From Podarcis muralis (Eukaryota), in the NCBI RefSeq assembly GCF_964188315.1, contig NC_135656.1, forward strand, positions 21,266,001-21,330,000: a stretch of 64,000 bases of DNA, given 5' to 3'. The stretch's first letter is position 1. Each line of letters begins with the position of its first letter. This document shows, piece after piece, positions 1-11,893 of this stretch. Both the position numbers and the translations under genes were made by a program. The notes beneath the pieces are model-generated. The model searched no databases and was not told the DNA's origin. It saw nothing but the letters and a program-made list of their open reading frames with translations.

Positions 1-959
1 GCAGCTGATGCACAGACCTTCCCCACAAGGTGTTATATAATGCCGTTTCCCATTTTTGCTGCTTTGCTTTTGAGCTGGAAACTAAGGAAGAAATGACTGG
101 ATCCCAGAAAGGCCCACTGCTACACAGTCATGCCACCCCTCAGGACTTTGGGGTGCAGAAGGACACTTACAGAATGAGCAGGAGAGTCCCCCAAATGCAA
201 CAGGGCTGTCATGCCACATTTTGAAGCAAATTAATTGTAATACGTATTCCCACCCAAAGAGCCCCCTATGCCTGGGCAGTTAAGTGCACAGTCTAAAACC
301 ATCACTTTCGGAACCTTCCTTACTTAACCCATATATCCACCAGGCTGCATCGATGGACTCTGCTGCCTTGGAGGCAGGACAGGGGTGGCTATTATTTCAG
401 GCCGAGTCCCTAACTCTGCCCTTTTTGCAAGAGGACCTGGAATTGTGCCTCTCTGGCGCTGCCACCAATTAAATGTCTTGCTATCTTCGGAGGGAGAAAT
501 GCCATCAGAGTGCGACCCTACCTCGGAAACCCTCTTCCCTATTCCCAAGCAGAGAGAGTTCGCAGAGATTTCTGAATATTCAGGGAGTGGGAAAAGGGAC
601 TCTGCACGAGCTCAGAGGCAACCATCTTCATCTGCTCCAAATGATGCGTTTGGGGGCGGGGCTGACTTCATCTTCATCTACCCAGAAGGATCCCCTGGGG
701 GGGGGCTGACTCCAATTGAGCTCTGGCTTGTCTTTCGCTTCATCTTTCTCAGGACCCTCCCACCACCCTAAAGGAGAACCCAGGAATCCGGGGGGCGCCT
801 GCCGCGATTAACCCCTCCCGCCCCGCCCCAGCCACTTAAATCAGCACACAAGGCTGAAGTTCCGTTTTCCGCACAGGATGTGGCCCGGCTTGCCCCCTCC
901 ATCTTCCGAGGAGGACCCAGGCGTCCTGGCACGCCCCCGCCCCCACCCCGGAGCCTCAC

Positions 960-1528
960 CTCTGCTTGAGGGCGGCCAGATCCTCGGCCATGTTGTCCCT
1001 CTCGACCTGCAGGCGGTCGCGATCCTTGCCCAGCGCGTCCACCTGCCTGCGCAGCTCGCGGAGCTCGTCTTGGAAGAGGTCGGCGGCGCGCGTGGGCTCC
1101 TTGGAGCGCGCGTGGCCCAGCTCGGCCAGCAGCGCCGCGTTCTGCGTCTCCAGGTAGCGCACTTTCTCGATGAAGCTGGCGAAGCGGTCGTTGAGCTCCT
1201 GCAGCTCCTGCTTCTCGTTGCTCCGCGTGGCCAGGAACTCCTGGTTCAGCGCCTCGGCTACCGAGAAGTCCAGCTTCTCGGCCGCCCCGTAGGAGTAGCG
1301 CGGAGCCGGCGCGCTGGAGGATCGGAAGGTAACCGCGCCACCGCCGCCACTGGCCCGGTAGGAGCGCATGGATGCCGCCGTCGAGGGCGTGCTCAGCAGC
1401 CGCGTGGCCGAAGAGGACGAGGCCAGGCGGGACGAGGAGTACGACAGCGGGGACAGCATGGGCGGCGGCCCGAAAGTGCGGCGGTACGAGGTGGCGCGGA
1501 TGGCGCCGGAGTGGTGATGGTGGCTCAT
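960..1528 (-). CDS. PRPH: Peripherin (type III intermediate filament), coding part of exon 1
   Basis: Translation [23 protein letters not shown]...[44 protein letters not shown]...[10 protein letters not shown] matches the peripherin head and coil 1A/1B. ATG at 1528. Exon ends AG|GTGAG with the donor at 959. Later exons are not in the window. Confidence 0.95.
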
Positions 1529-1643
1529 GGCGCAGCGGCTGTGCCCGGAGAGAGGTGGAGAAGGAGAAGAGGCGGCGTCGAGGCTGGGACGGAGCCGCGA
1601 AGTTCTCGACGGGGGAAGAAGGCGCCGCCTTCGGAGATGCCGC

Positions 1644-1649
1644 TTTATA
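1644..1649 (-). promoter_or_regulatory. PRPH: PRPH TATA box (TATAAA) in a CpG island (~870-2150)
   Basis: Plus-strand TTTATA at 1644-1649, about 115 nt upstream of the ATG, in GC/CpG-rich context. Confidence 0.8.
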
Positions 1650-1878
1650 GGCCCCCAAGTCGCGAACTGGGGGGGGAGGGCAGCAGCAGCAGCAGGAGGA
1701 GGCTCCACCTCTCTTGGATGCAGCCCAGAGCCCCGCATTGCAGCCCCGTCGTCTGGGAAAGGGAACCACCCCGCCCAGGCTGCTCTGCAAAGATGCTCCG
1801 GCGGGCAGGAAGGGAGGGTGAGTGGGATCCCAGGCGCCCTGCTCGGTCCTGTCCGGTCCACCGCCCTCCATGTCATAC

Positions 1879-2004
1879 GTGCCAACTCCCTGGGTGCACG
1901 AGCACCTACAAAATTCCCCGTGAATGGGCCGGGGCACCCACCAATTTCGGTGCCAGGGCCATGCGCGCTGCATGGCACCCACGGTCGCGGTGCCAAGCTG
2001 GCAC
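1879..2004. repeat. GC-rich GGCACCCA-containing element, copy 1 (upstream of PRPH)
   Basis: Aligns to 58248-58366 (90/107 identical by manual alignment) and to the reverse complement of 24623-24733. Confidence 0.8.
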
Positions 2005-2279
2005 ACCTGCTCCAGGTTGTTGGAGAGACAGAGCATCGCACTGCAGCCCCCCTCCCCCCTCCTATGCAGGTTTCTGTAGAAGTAAATCCCCTCGATTATC
2101 CCCAGCGGACCTGACACCCAGGGCCTTGTAGAGCCAGGCAGAGGCCCGGACCGGGTAGATAATGTGCCCCCCCCCCTTTATAAATAAGTATATAAAAAAA
2201 ATTCACAAAAGTTATGCTGACAAATAATTTTATTTCAAGGCTTGAACCGTATCTGCATACAAAGATAAAATGGAAAATA

Positions 2280-2505
2280 CAGTGGTACCTCGGATTAAGT
2301 ACTTAATTCATTCCGGAGGTCCGTTCTTAACCTGAAACTGTTCTTAACCTGAAGCACCACTTTAGCTAATGGGGCCTCCTGCTGCCGCCACGCCGCTAGA
2401 GCCCAATTTCTGTTCTCATCCTGAAGCAAAGTTCTTAACCTGAAGCACTATTTCTGGGTTAGCAGAGTATGTAACCTGAAGCGTATGTAACCCGAGGTAC
2501 CACAG
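2280..2505. mobile_element. pogo/Tigger-like MITE, family A
   Basis: TIR CAGTGGTACCTCGG...CCGAGGTACCACAG, TA flanks, about 12 related copies in the window. Confidence 0.8.
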
Positions 2506-3084
2506 TATAGATATACAATAGTGAATATGCTGACCGAGGCCCCGTCTGGACCTGCTGACACCGGACTGGGGCATCCAGAAGTATGGAGAAGTATATCGTT
2601 CGCGGTTGGGGTCTCTCTCTACCCAGGGTGGGGGAAGTGCGTGCGTGGGGGGAGCTAGGGCACAGGGCGGTGGACCACCGATTCTCCCCCTAGATCTGTC
2701 GGCAAAAATGGAATGGGTTGGTTAAATATGCCAGGGCCGTGGTTCCCAATTAGTTAAATCCTGTTTTTCCAAAGCCAACCCGTGGACCCCGCTGCTTTTG
2801 AAATATTTTGATTCCTCTATGGTGGTTTTTGTTCAGTGAATGGTGCCACAGTCCCCCCCCCCCCGTGGGTGGGTCACGTGGACCCCTGGGGCCCATGGAC
2901 CACCAATGGGAAACCATTCTGTGTTAGGGGGTTCTGGAGAGGAAGCATGGAGGCAGGCGAACTAAGTGAGATGGGGGAGCCACCATTGCGTGGCAGAAAA
3001 GAGGCATTAAAACTCAGCAGGATAGTTTATTATTATCAGCAGCAGCCGAGCAGGAAGAGTTTTCTGTGGCTCCCTGAAACATAG

Positions 3085-3178
3085 GCTCATAGAATTGTAG
3101 AGTTGGAAGGGACCCCAGGGGTCATCTAGTCCAACCCCCTGCAAAGCAGGAATCTCAGCTAAAGCATCCATGACAGAA
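3085..3178 (-). mobile_element. CR1-like LINE 3' end fragment
   Basis: CATAGAATTGTAGAGTTGGAAGGGACCCCAGGGGTCATCTAGTCCAACCCC resembles the reverse complement of a sauropsid CR1 3' terminus (recognised from memory). Confidence 0.5.
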
Positions 3179-3207
3179 GGCCGGAGCGGGGTGACATTTT
3201 GGCAATA

Positions 3208-3453
3208 CAGTGGTACCTCGGGATGCGAACAGGATCCATTCCAGAGCCCCGTTTGCATCCTGAAGTGAACACAACCCACGTCTGTGCGTGCACAGGACGT
3301 GTTTCTCCGCACATGCGCATGATGTCATTTTGACCATCTGTGCATGCACACACGGCAAAACCTGGAAGTAACGCGCTCCGTTACTTCCAGGTCACCGTGG
3401 AGCGCAACCCGAAAATACTTAACTGGAAGCACATTTATCCTAAGGTATGACTG
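3208..3453. mobile_element. pogo/Tigger-like MITE, family B
   Basis: Ends CAGTGGTACCTC and AGGTATGACTG, TA flanks. Related to 19328-19577 and 27938-28195. Confidence 0.7.
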
Positions 3454-3458
3454 TATTC

Positions 3459-3815
3459 GGGATGCAGGTGGCGCTGTGGGTTAAACCACAGAGCCTAGGA
3501 CTTGCCGATCAGAAGGTCGGAGCTTCGAATCCCCGCGATGGGGTGCACTCCCGTTGCTCAGTCCTAGCTCCTGCCAACCTAGCAGTTCCAAAGCACGTCA
3601 AAGTGCAAGTAGATAAATAGGTACCGCTCCAGCGGGAAGGTAAACGGCGTTTCCGTGCGCTGCTCTGGTTCGCCAGAAGCGGCTTAGTCATGCTGGCCAC
3701 ATGACTTGGAAGCTGTACGCCGGCTCCCTCGGCCAGTAAAGCAAGATGAGCGCCGCAACCCCAGAGTTGGCCATGACTGGACCTAATGGTCAGGGGTCCC
3801 TTTACCTTTACCTTT
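3459..3815 (+). mobile_element. Sauria SINE, full length
   Basis: tRNA-like head with A/B boxes (TGGCGCTGTGG, GCTTCGAATCC), (ACCTTT)n tail, 13-bp TSD TATGACTGTATTC at 3446-3458 and 3816-3828. Confidence 0.9.
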
Positions 3816-4667
3816 TATGACTGTATTCAGACCCAGTGAGCACTCAAGCCATTGCATCTTGCTCCATCTGCACTGCACTGGCTACCAATGAGTTTCCGGG
3901 CCCAATTCAAAGTGCTGGTTTTGACCTATGCAGCCTTAAATGGCTCAGGACCACAGTACCTCAAGGACCGCCTCTTTCCATATGAATCTACCCAGACCCT
4001 GAGATCATCCCTCTTTTGTGTGCCTCCCCCATCGCTTGCTTAATAAGTCACTCTGTGTTTGCCAGCTTCCATCTGAGAAGCGGGAGAGAGAGAGAAATTG
4101 ATCACAACAGCAGCAGCACTGTCAAGTACTTCAACTTGCATATCCAGCAAGCATGAAACTATGGGGATGTACACACAAATGCAAGTCATGGGTGATGCAG
4201 CCAAGAGAGCTCACACCCACAAGCTGACTCACATAGGCCTGGTACCTCATCCAATTTACCAACCTTGCAGTCTGCATAGAAATCAGCTGTGGTTTCAGGG
4301 AGACGTCCATGCCGACAAACCATACGCCAAGAAACCTCTTTAAAATCTCATATGCATATCATATTGCAGTTGGTCTTATCATTCCTGACCTCCGCACATA
4401 TATATATTGGGGGGGCTAGTTTTTTTGGAGCTGTAGAGCTGCATCAGAAAACTTTGACAGAAGCCCTTTCTTTTTCTCCCCCCCCCCCCATGTAATATTT
4501 TTTTATTATTTTACATAAAGTTATACACAATAACCATAACCATTCCAAAACATGAGAATAGAGAAGGTTCTTTCAAACCTTCGGACCTCCTTCCCTCCCT
4601 CCGTGGGTCCCATTTCAAAAAGTTTAATCTGTTTTCCTGAATCTTTTACCTTTCTCAATCTATTATT

Positions 4668-4730
4668 TAATCCGTGTTTATGGAAGACAATCTTACTCGA
4701 CTGTGAGTGATCGCCAAAGGAGAAGACGAC
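4668..4730 (+). mobile_element. RTE LINE extreme 3' tail only
   Basis: CCGTGTTTATGGAAGACAATCTTACTCG...GAGTGATCGCCA is nearly identical to the 3' end of the RTE at ~10086-10143. Confidence 0.7.
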
Positions 4731-4989
4731 CTAATACTGTACCTCTCTGACTGGCACAAAAAGGGGGAAATAGAAATCTACTCCCTTATGGCAACACCAC
4801 TCATACAATCCATCAGCCTGCCAGAGGGAGTACTCTCAGTGGGGGGGCGGAGGGTGGGGAGGGAGGAAAGAGGGGGGGAGAATAGCTGGAGGGGTTTGTC
4901 CAGTTCTTGACCACCTGCTGAGGTTGCCAATATCTAATTAATACCAGATACAGAATAGATGCCCATTTAATGGGGCCTTCCAGGCTCTC

Positions 4990-5510
4990 AGCCGAGTAAC
5001 GTCAAGAGCTGGAATATTTTGAGATCTAACAAAACCTGTTTCATATGTGGCATGCCATGGGAGCACAGCCGTGTTTATATTGCAAGAAAAATCCAACTTC
5101 TCTGCCCAGGAGTGTTGAGCTGTACAGTCTCTGTCAGCTGAGATATCAAAAATGCACCGAAATGGCAAAAGTGACCAGAAAGCTCAGGAACCAAGAAGAC
5201 AAAAACTTTAAGAAAGAATGGGGGGAAATTACAATTTATTTAGGAGACCACTGTAAGCAGATGTAAACATTGGAATGATTTTAATAACACTTGTAATGTA
5301 ACAAACACTGTGGATAATATGGAGAGATACAATATATGGATTGTGAAATAATATGCAGTTGAAGATGTTGACAATTGGACCAACGGAGGGTAGGTGGGAA
5401 GTTGGGAGACTCAGAGAAATCTCAATATATGGTTATGTATTTGGTATTGTTATAACTTTTTGTTTGTAAAATCAAATACATATTTTTTTTACAAATAAAA
5501 TAAAATAAAA
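4990..5510 (+). mobile_element. L1-like LINE 3' fragment, degraded
   Basis: Remnant ORF2 C-terminus (EMAKVTRKLRNQEDKNFKKEW) and A-rich tail. Similar pieces at ~8640-9050 (-), ~22000-22300 and ~49050-49290. Confidence 0.6.
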
Positions 5511-6084
5511 TGCATATGCATATGCATATTTACTTATCTTGGCTTAATTTAATCTAAGTGGGTTTTCCTGGGGGGAAGTGGTGTCAACATTGTAAAGCAT
5601 TCTGAACATGGAAAGTATAGAAATCGTAGCAAAGATGTGCCCAAGATTTGATGGTGGGTGGGTGTCATATCATAGCAAGCATAGAATGAGCTGTGTAATC
5701 AGATTGCCAAGCATTTCCTGCAAACCCCTCTGGCTCTTAATGATTAATGGAGTTTAGCTTTAAAAAAACAACAACAGGAAAAAAGAACCTAAGAGATCTG
5801 ATCCCTCATCAGCAGGAAGTGCTGAAGACAAAGAGGGAGCCAGACAGCCGCAGATTAAAAGACAAGCAAAAAATAAAACCCTGCCCTTGCTATTATTACA
5901 GTTCTTATTCCCTGGCTGCTTGAGACACACACTAAAATATATCCCTCCTCAAGAGCAGTTTATAAAATCGGCTGAGGTAGAATATAGTTCCACTGGTACT
6001 GCTGATCTCATCGCCTGGCAAGCGATGTGATGTTGGGGCAGCCTTCCTTAAGCTGGTGCTGATTTTGCCTTCCTGAACATTTAC

Positions 6085-6502
6085 TGAATGGGACCACATA
6101 ACACGGTCCTGAAAGACCTGCATTGGCTCCCAGTATGTTTCCGAGCACAATTCAAAGTGTTGGTGCTGACCTTTAAAGCCCTAAACGGCCTAAGCCCAGT
6201 ATACCTGAAGGAGCATCTCCACCCCCATCGCTCAGCCCAGACACTGAGGTCCAGCTCTGAGGGCCTTCTGGCGGTTCCCTCCCTGCGAGAAGTGAGGTTA
6301 CAGGGAACCAGGCAGAGTGGTGCACGCCCTGTGGAACACCCTCCCATCAGATGTCAAGGAAATGAACAACCATCTGACTTTTAGAAGACATCTGAAAGCA
6401 GCCTTGTTTAGGAAAGTTTTTAATGTTTGATCATGTTTTTAATATTCTGTTGGGAGCCACCCAGAGTGGCTGGGTAAACCCAGACAGATAGGCAGGGTAT
6501 AA

Positions 6503-6547
<45 letters not shown>

Positions 6548-6548
6548 A
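6085..6548 (+). mobile_element. L2 LINE 3' fragment with (GTT)n tail
   Basis: LHWLPVCFRAQFKVLVLTFKALNGLSPVYLKE, an L2-type ORF2 C-terminus, ending in a simple-repeat tail. Confidence 0.75.
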
Positions 6549-6590
6549 TATGAGGGGTGGAAAACTTGTGTTCCTCCTGATGCTCTAAAG

Positions 6591-6841
6591 CAGGGGTCAG
6601 CAACCTTTTTCAGCCATGGGCTGGTCCACTGGCCCTCAGACCATGTGGTGGGCTGGACTATTTTTTTTGGGGGGGGGATGAACGAATTCCTATGCCCCAC
6701 AAATAACCCAGAGATGCATTTTAAATAAAAGGACACATTCTACTCATGTAAAAATATGCTGATTCCCGGACCGTCTGCGGGCCGGATTGAGAAAGCGATT
6801 AGGCCGCATCCGGCCCACGGGACTTAGGTTGTCTACCCCTG
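6591..6841. mobile_element. hAT (Charlie-type) MITE
   Basis: CAGGGG...CCCCTG ends with 8-bp TSD CTCTAAAG at 6583-6590 and 6842-6849. Confidence 0.85.
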
Positions 6842-7794
6842 CTCTAAAGGCTCCAACTCTTCATTCGCAGCCAGCAGGGATGATGGTAGTTGGAGTCCCA
6901 ACAACATTTGGAGGGCCACAAATTCCCCACTCCTGGTTTACTCCATCATGGAGCAGGGGAAATGGCTCAGTCGTTTGTGGTGATAATAAATGGCTCCATG
7001 CGAACAACTTGCCTCACAGTGATAATGGACCCCACCAGTTTTAGGTGGTCATTAAAATATTTCTGTATCGCTTTTCATTTACAAAAAGAATTAGCGAAGT
7101 GGTTCACGCTACGAATCTGACAGAGAAGGAGAATTAAATATCCAGTACCAATAATCACCGACAGGGTCAGTAAAAATAATCGCAATGGCCAAAGACATCA
7201 GGAACTGCTATCAATAATATTAAAGGTCAAGGAAAGACTAGGGAAAGAGGAAGGTCTTCGACCGGCAATGAAAACACCCTGCAGTTGGAGCAATTTTTCT
7301 TTTTACGTATTATCTAGTTCATATCCTGCCCTTCTTCCTGAAATGTCCTCAGAGTGGTATAAAGTATAAATTTGGCTCTAAAGTAATAATGCTTCATTTA
7401 AATCAAAATAGATTTCTTGCGTTAAACAAACTTTTAATTGTGGTTTTTGACCACTGAAACTATTATGTTTCATCAGAGGTTGTGGGAATTGGCCCTGGAT
7501 GCCTTTTGTGGCTCTATGAACCCATGCATGGGGTATGTGGGTGTCTAGAGAGCAAGGATAAAAAGAAGCTGACCAATGGATCGTGAGCCTTGGAGCAAAT
7601 GAGGTGGGTGAGAGAGGCTTGGGTGCAAATTCCTGCTCAGCAGCCACTGTCCTGCATGAGCTTTGGATAAATCTCCCCTTCTTTCTTTCCTACTTCTTCA
7701 GCTCTGAAACAGACAATATGAGCAACATACTAATGTGAAGACCAGAGAGGCAATTGGGGTGGCGCCTTTGAAAGTGTGAGGGAGGTAATAAATA

Positions 7795-8003
7795 CAGTGG
7801 TACCTCGGGTTAAGAACTTAGTTCGTTCTGGAGGTCCGTTCTTAACCTGAAGCACCACTTTAGCTAATGGGACCTCCCGCTGCTGCTGCGCCACTGCCAC
7901 ACGATCTCTGTTCTCATCCTGAAGCAAAGTTCTTAACCCGAGGTACTATTTCTGGGTTAGCGGAGTCTGTAACCTGAAGCGTCTGTAACCCAAGGTACCA
8001 CTG
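7795..8003. mobile_element. pogo/Tigger-like MITE, family A
   Basis: CAGTGGTACC...GGTACCACTG with TA flanks. Confidence 0.8.
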
Positions 8004-9419
8004 TAAAAGGAAATGACTATTTACAGGGACAGCTCAGAGAGGGCAGACTCAATTCTACTCACCTGCCTTGTGTTCCAGAAAATGCTTTTGAGCACAATAC
8101 AGGGCCAGTCCTGCCATTGGGCAGAGAGAAGCATCCGCCTCATGCAGCAGTTGCTAGAGGTGGGGAGATATTGTAGGGCAGTCTATTCCAGTGGGGCCTC
8201 TAAGCTGCTGCTGCTGCTGCTCAGGAAGAAGCTGACCTCTCAACACTGCCAAAATGCTACTGTCAACCCAGTTGATTTCTCAACACGAAGTTGGGGTGCC
8301 ATCTTGCCCTTTGCCTCAGGCAGCAAAAAGTTTTGGGTCGACCCTGCCTTAGGGAAAGAGTGGCCAGTTGTTATTCTTCATATAATACCATTGCCGTCTG
8401 TACCACTCTGCCGAATAACAGAAACAGATACCTCCCCTGGGGAGCTTATAATCTAAATGTTGATGGGGGGGGGGGATAGCAGAAGGAGGAGGAAGGGAGA
8501 GCAGAGAGGAAAAGGCGACAAAAATGCTTAAATCAAGAAAGAATATGCCTCAATGCCCTTGTACTTGGGGGTAGTTTCGGTAGAGCTTGAGGACTAAAGA
8601 GTTAAGCCAATATAACAAAATAGGTTTTAAAGGAGGATTTCATTTTTATTTTTATTCTGAAATCATTTTTATTTGATTTTACAAATATAAGTTTATAACA
8701 ATACCAAATACATATCCATATAAAGAGATTTCTCTGAATCTTGAGACTTCCCTCCATCCCCTACATGGGTCCTATTGTCAACATTTTCAACTGCATATTA
8801 TTTCATAATCTATATTTTGTTTCCATCCATATTTATCCAGTTTTTGTTACATTACAAATGAGATTAAAATCCTGCTAATGTTTTCATCTGCTTACAGTGG
8901 TCTCCTAAATAAATCGTAATTTCCCCCCATTATTTTTTAAAAATTTTGTCCTCTTGGTTCCTGAGCTTTCCAGTTTGCCATTTCAGTGCAGTCCATCAGC
9001 TTAGTTTGCCATTCCTTTCTGGTAGAGACTCTTCTTTCCATCTCTGGGCTAGTAGCATCTGTGCTGCTGTTGTCGCACACATTTAAAGGAAGATTTGAAA
9101 GAAGATGAATCATTTGCGAGAGGGGGAGATCTTAAAGCAGCTGAAGGTTGCAGAATTTGGGGTGGGTGGGGAGAAAAACAAATTAAATGAGCAAAAGTCA
9201 TGGGTGGGGATGTGAGATAAATGGGATAAGCATAGAGACAATGTAGGCCCAACTCTAGGTTTGTGTCCTCTGCTGGTCTTTCCAGCAAGCTTATTGGGCA
9301 GTAACAGGGATGAGTGGCAGAGGATGGTGATGAAGGCTGGTGGCATTGCTGATGAGAACCACCCCATGTTTCTCTCGGTAGTATCCTACGCTGCACCTGA
9401 GCTCTGCGATTGCAGCTTT

Positions 9420-10145
9420 CTCCCATTTGAAGTGCAGAGTGTTTGAGGACCGGGACATTCGCAGGGAAACCAGAATGCTTGTTTACAAAGCTACTGTGCT
9501 ACCAACCTTACTGTATGCTTGTAAAACATGGACCACTTATAAACGCCATCTCCAACTCCTTGAAAGATACCATCAATGGTGTCTCCAAATAATTTTACAC
9601 ATCACTTGGGAAGACAGGTGGACTAATGCCAGGGTACTGGAAGAAGCAAAGATCACCAACGTTGAAGAAATAATCCTTCAACATCAACTTCGTTGGACTG
9701 GTCATGTTGTTTGGATGCCGGATTATTGTCTTTCCAAAGCAACTACTCTATTCCAAACTTAAAAATGGTAAGTGTAATGCTGATGGTCAACAAAAGAGGT
9801 TCAAAGGCTCTCTCAAGGCAAATCTTTAAAAAATGTAGTATAAACACCGACAACTGGGAAACACTGGCCTGCGAGCGCTCCAGTTGGAGAACAGCCTTTT
9901 CCAAAGGTGTCCTGGGCTTTGAAGACACTCAAACTCAGGACGAAAGGGAGAAATGTGCTAAGAGGAAGGCATGCTTGGCAAACCCTCACCGTGATCAGCT
10001 CTCATCCGGAAACCTATGTCCCCACTGTGGAAGGACATGTGGATCCAGAATTGGCATCCGCAGTCACTTACAGACTCACTGCTAAATCCGTGTTTATGGA
10101 AGACAATCTTACTCGCCTCGAGTGATCGCCACAGAAGATGATGCT
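9420..10145 (+). mobile_element. RTE-clade LINE 3' fragment, frameshifted
   Basis: VYKATVLPTLLYACKTW...QLRWTGHV...CPHCGRTCGSRIGIRSHLQTH (post-RT domain plus C2H2 finger), followed by a GAT-repeat tail. Confidence 0.8.
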
Positions 10146-11893
10146 GAGACAGGGCATGGGAAGTTGAGTGGGCCTGCTGGCTATCTTACTGTATTTACTC
10201 GAATCTGATGCTCACCTTCTTACCTTCTTTTGGCCAAATTGTGTTGCAAAAATTAAGGTGCACAATAGATTTGATGGCCCATTTACATTTGCCAGCAATT
10301 ACTTTTTGGGGTTTCAAGGTTCTGAAAACTGAGATCCGATGGCACGTTAGACTTGAGTAAATCCAGTAATTCCCACACAAGGCCTCTGGGGCCCCATTTT
10401 GGATTATTATAAAAGGTGCAGTAGAAAAGGCTTAACAATGGGACGTACAGAGGGGGAGGAGAAAGTCCAGAGATTCGTCGGAATATTATATTTTTGGATG
10501 TGTTGTGGTATGATTGCAAATTCGAATATGTAAAACCAAATAATATTTTTTTTGGGGGGGAAGGGAATAAAAAAAAGATTTTTTAAAAAAGCCAACGACA
10601 GCAACAGCAACACCCCCTCCCCCCAAAAAACCCTGAACACAACACCCCGGGCCCTTCGTGCACGCTAACAATAAAAGCTAATCCCACTTTCCTGATGCTG
10701 CTGATGGTTTTGATGTTAGTGGTACCACCACTCTAATTTGTCTTGGGACAGATTATGAGGTCGGCATGATGCGATGCGGGCACAGAAACCGATTAATCAT
10801 TCCTGAAACAAAAGCTCTGAGGAGGAATGCAGACAATCAGTGGTGGACATTTCTGAGATCACTCATTCTCGGAGAGGTCTATCTGCCATTCCCTGCAGCT
10901 CTAGTCTGCCTGCCACTGCCGCCAGCCGCCAGCCAGGCCCCCTCCCAACTGCGAACTCTGCCAGCTACTTACGGGAAAGCCGAGCAAATGAATATATCTG
11001 CTGAGGGACTTGAAATGTGCCCAAAGGACAGCTAAAGGGGAGGGAGAGGGCAGCGAGCGAGCGAGCGAGCGAGCGAGCTAGAAGCAGAGCAACGGAAACA
11101 TCCGTGAAATGGCAACTATATTGGATTTTCAGCCTTAATGGATCCGCCACAGCCACACCGGCCTGGGGGAAAGGGTTTTGCTAAAGGAAGGGTGCTGAAT
11201 CAAGTGGAATCCTCCTTTTTATTTTTATTTTAAAATGTTGCTTGTTGGGGAAACAGGAAAGGACATGCTTGCATGTGCCAGCAATAATAATAAAATCATT
11301 TTTGGGGGGCAGTGTTAGAAACTGGGATAGAAAAGCTAGGAGCCAAATGGCTCCTGGGACCTGGGTTGTGGGTGCCAAAACAGAATGTCTAGTTGCCATT
11401 TGGGGGGGGGGGTGTCAGCAACACTTTCTATTTATTATTTTGATAAGCATGAACTACGTAATACACAATTCACGTAAGTGACACAATGCTAATATCACAT
11501 TTTAAACGGAAATTGTTAATACGTGTTTAATTTGGTGTTAGCGATAAAAACATTGGTACCGTACTTCAGTTTTCGAAACACTGCACTCTTTATTGTTAAA
11601 CTCCTTAACATATTGTCTGTCCTTAACATATACTTTGAGGCTTAAAAGCAAAGATATTTCAGTAATCCTTAAGTGTCAGAGCACAAAATGGCACCCAGAC
11701 TTTTTGAGGTGCTTGCAAATGGAGAATCTTTAGGTGCAAAATGCGCCTAGCACCCTGCTAATTTCGAACCCTGTTGAAGGGGCAAGTTGTGCCTCACATA
11801 TTAAGCTGGGGGGGGGGATAGCAGTATATAGAATCAGGGAAGTTCTGGGTTTGTGGGCTCAGCTGCCACATCTGAGCGGTGAGTTTTATTCTA

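Noticed and set aside
1529-2041. 171-aa in-frame N-terminal extension of peripherin
   Set aside because: It starts upstream of the TATA box, and homology to peripherin begins only at Met 1528.
768-2131. Long ORFs of 449 aa (-) and 417 aa (+) overlapping PRPH exon 1
   Set aside because: Shadow frames of GC-rich, stop-poor sequence with low-complexity Arg/Gly/Pro/Ala translations and no recognisable domain.
3459-3560. tRNA gene-like A/B boxes
   Set aside because: These are Sauria SINE heads, not tRNA genes.
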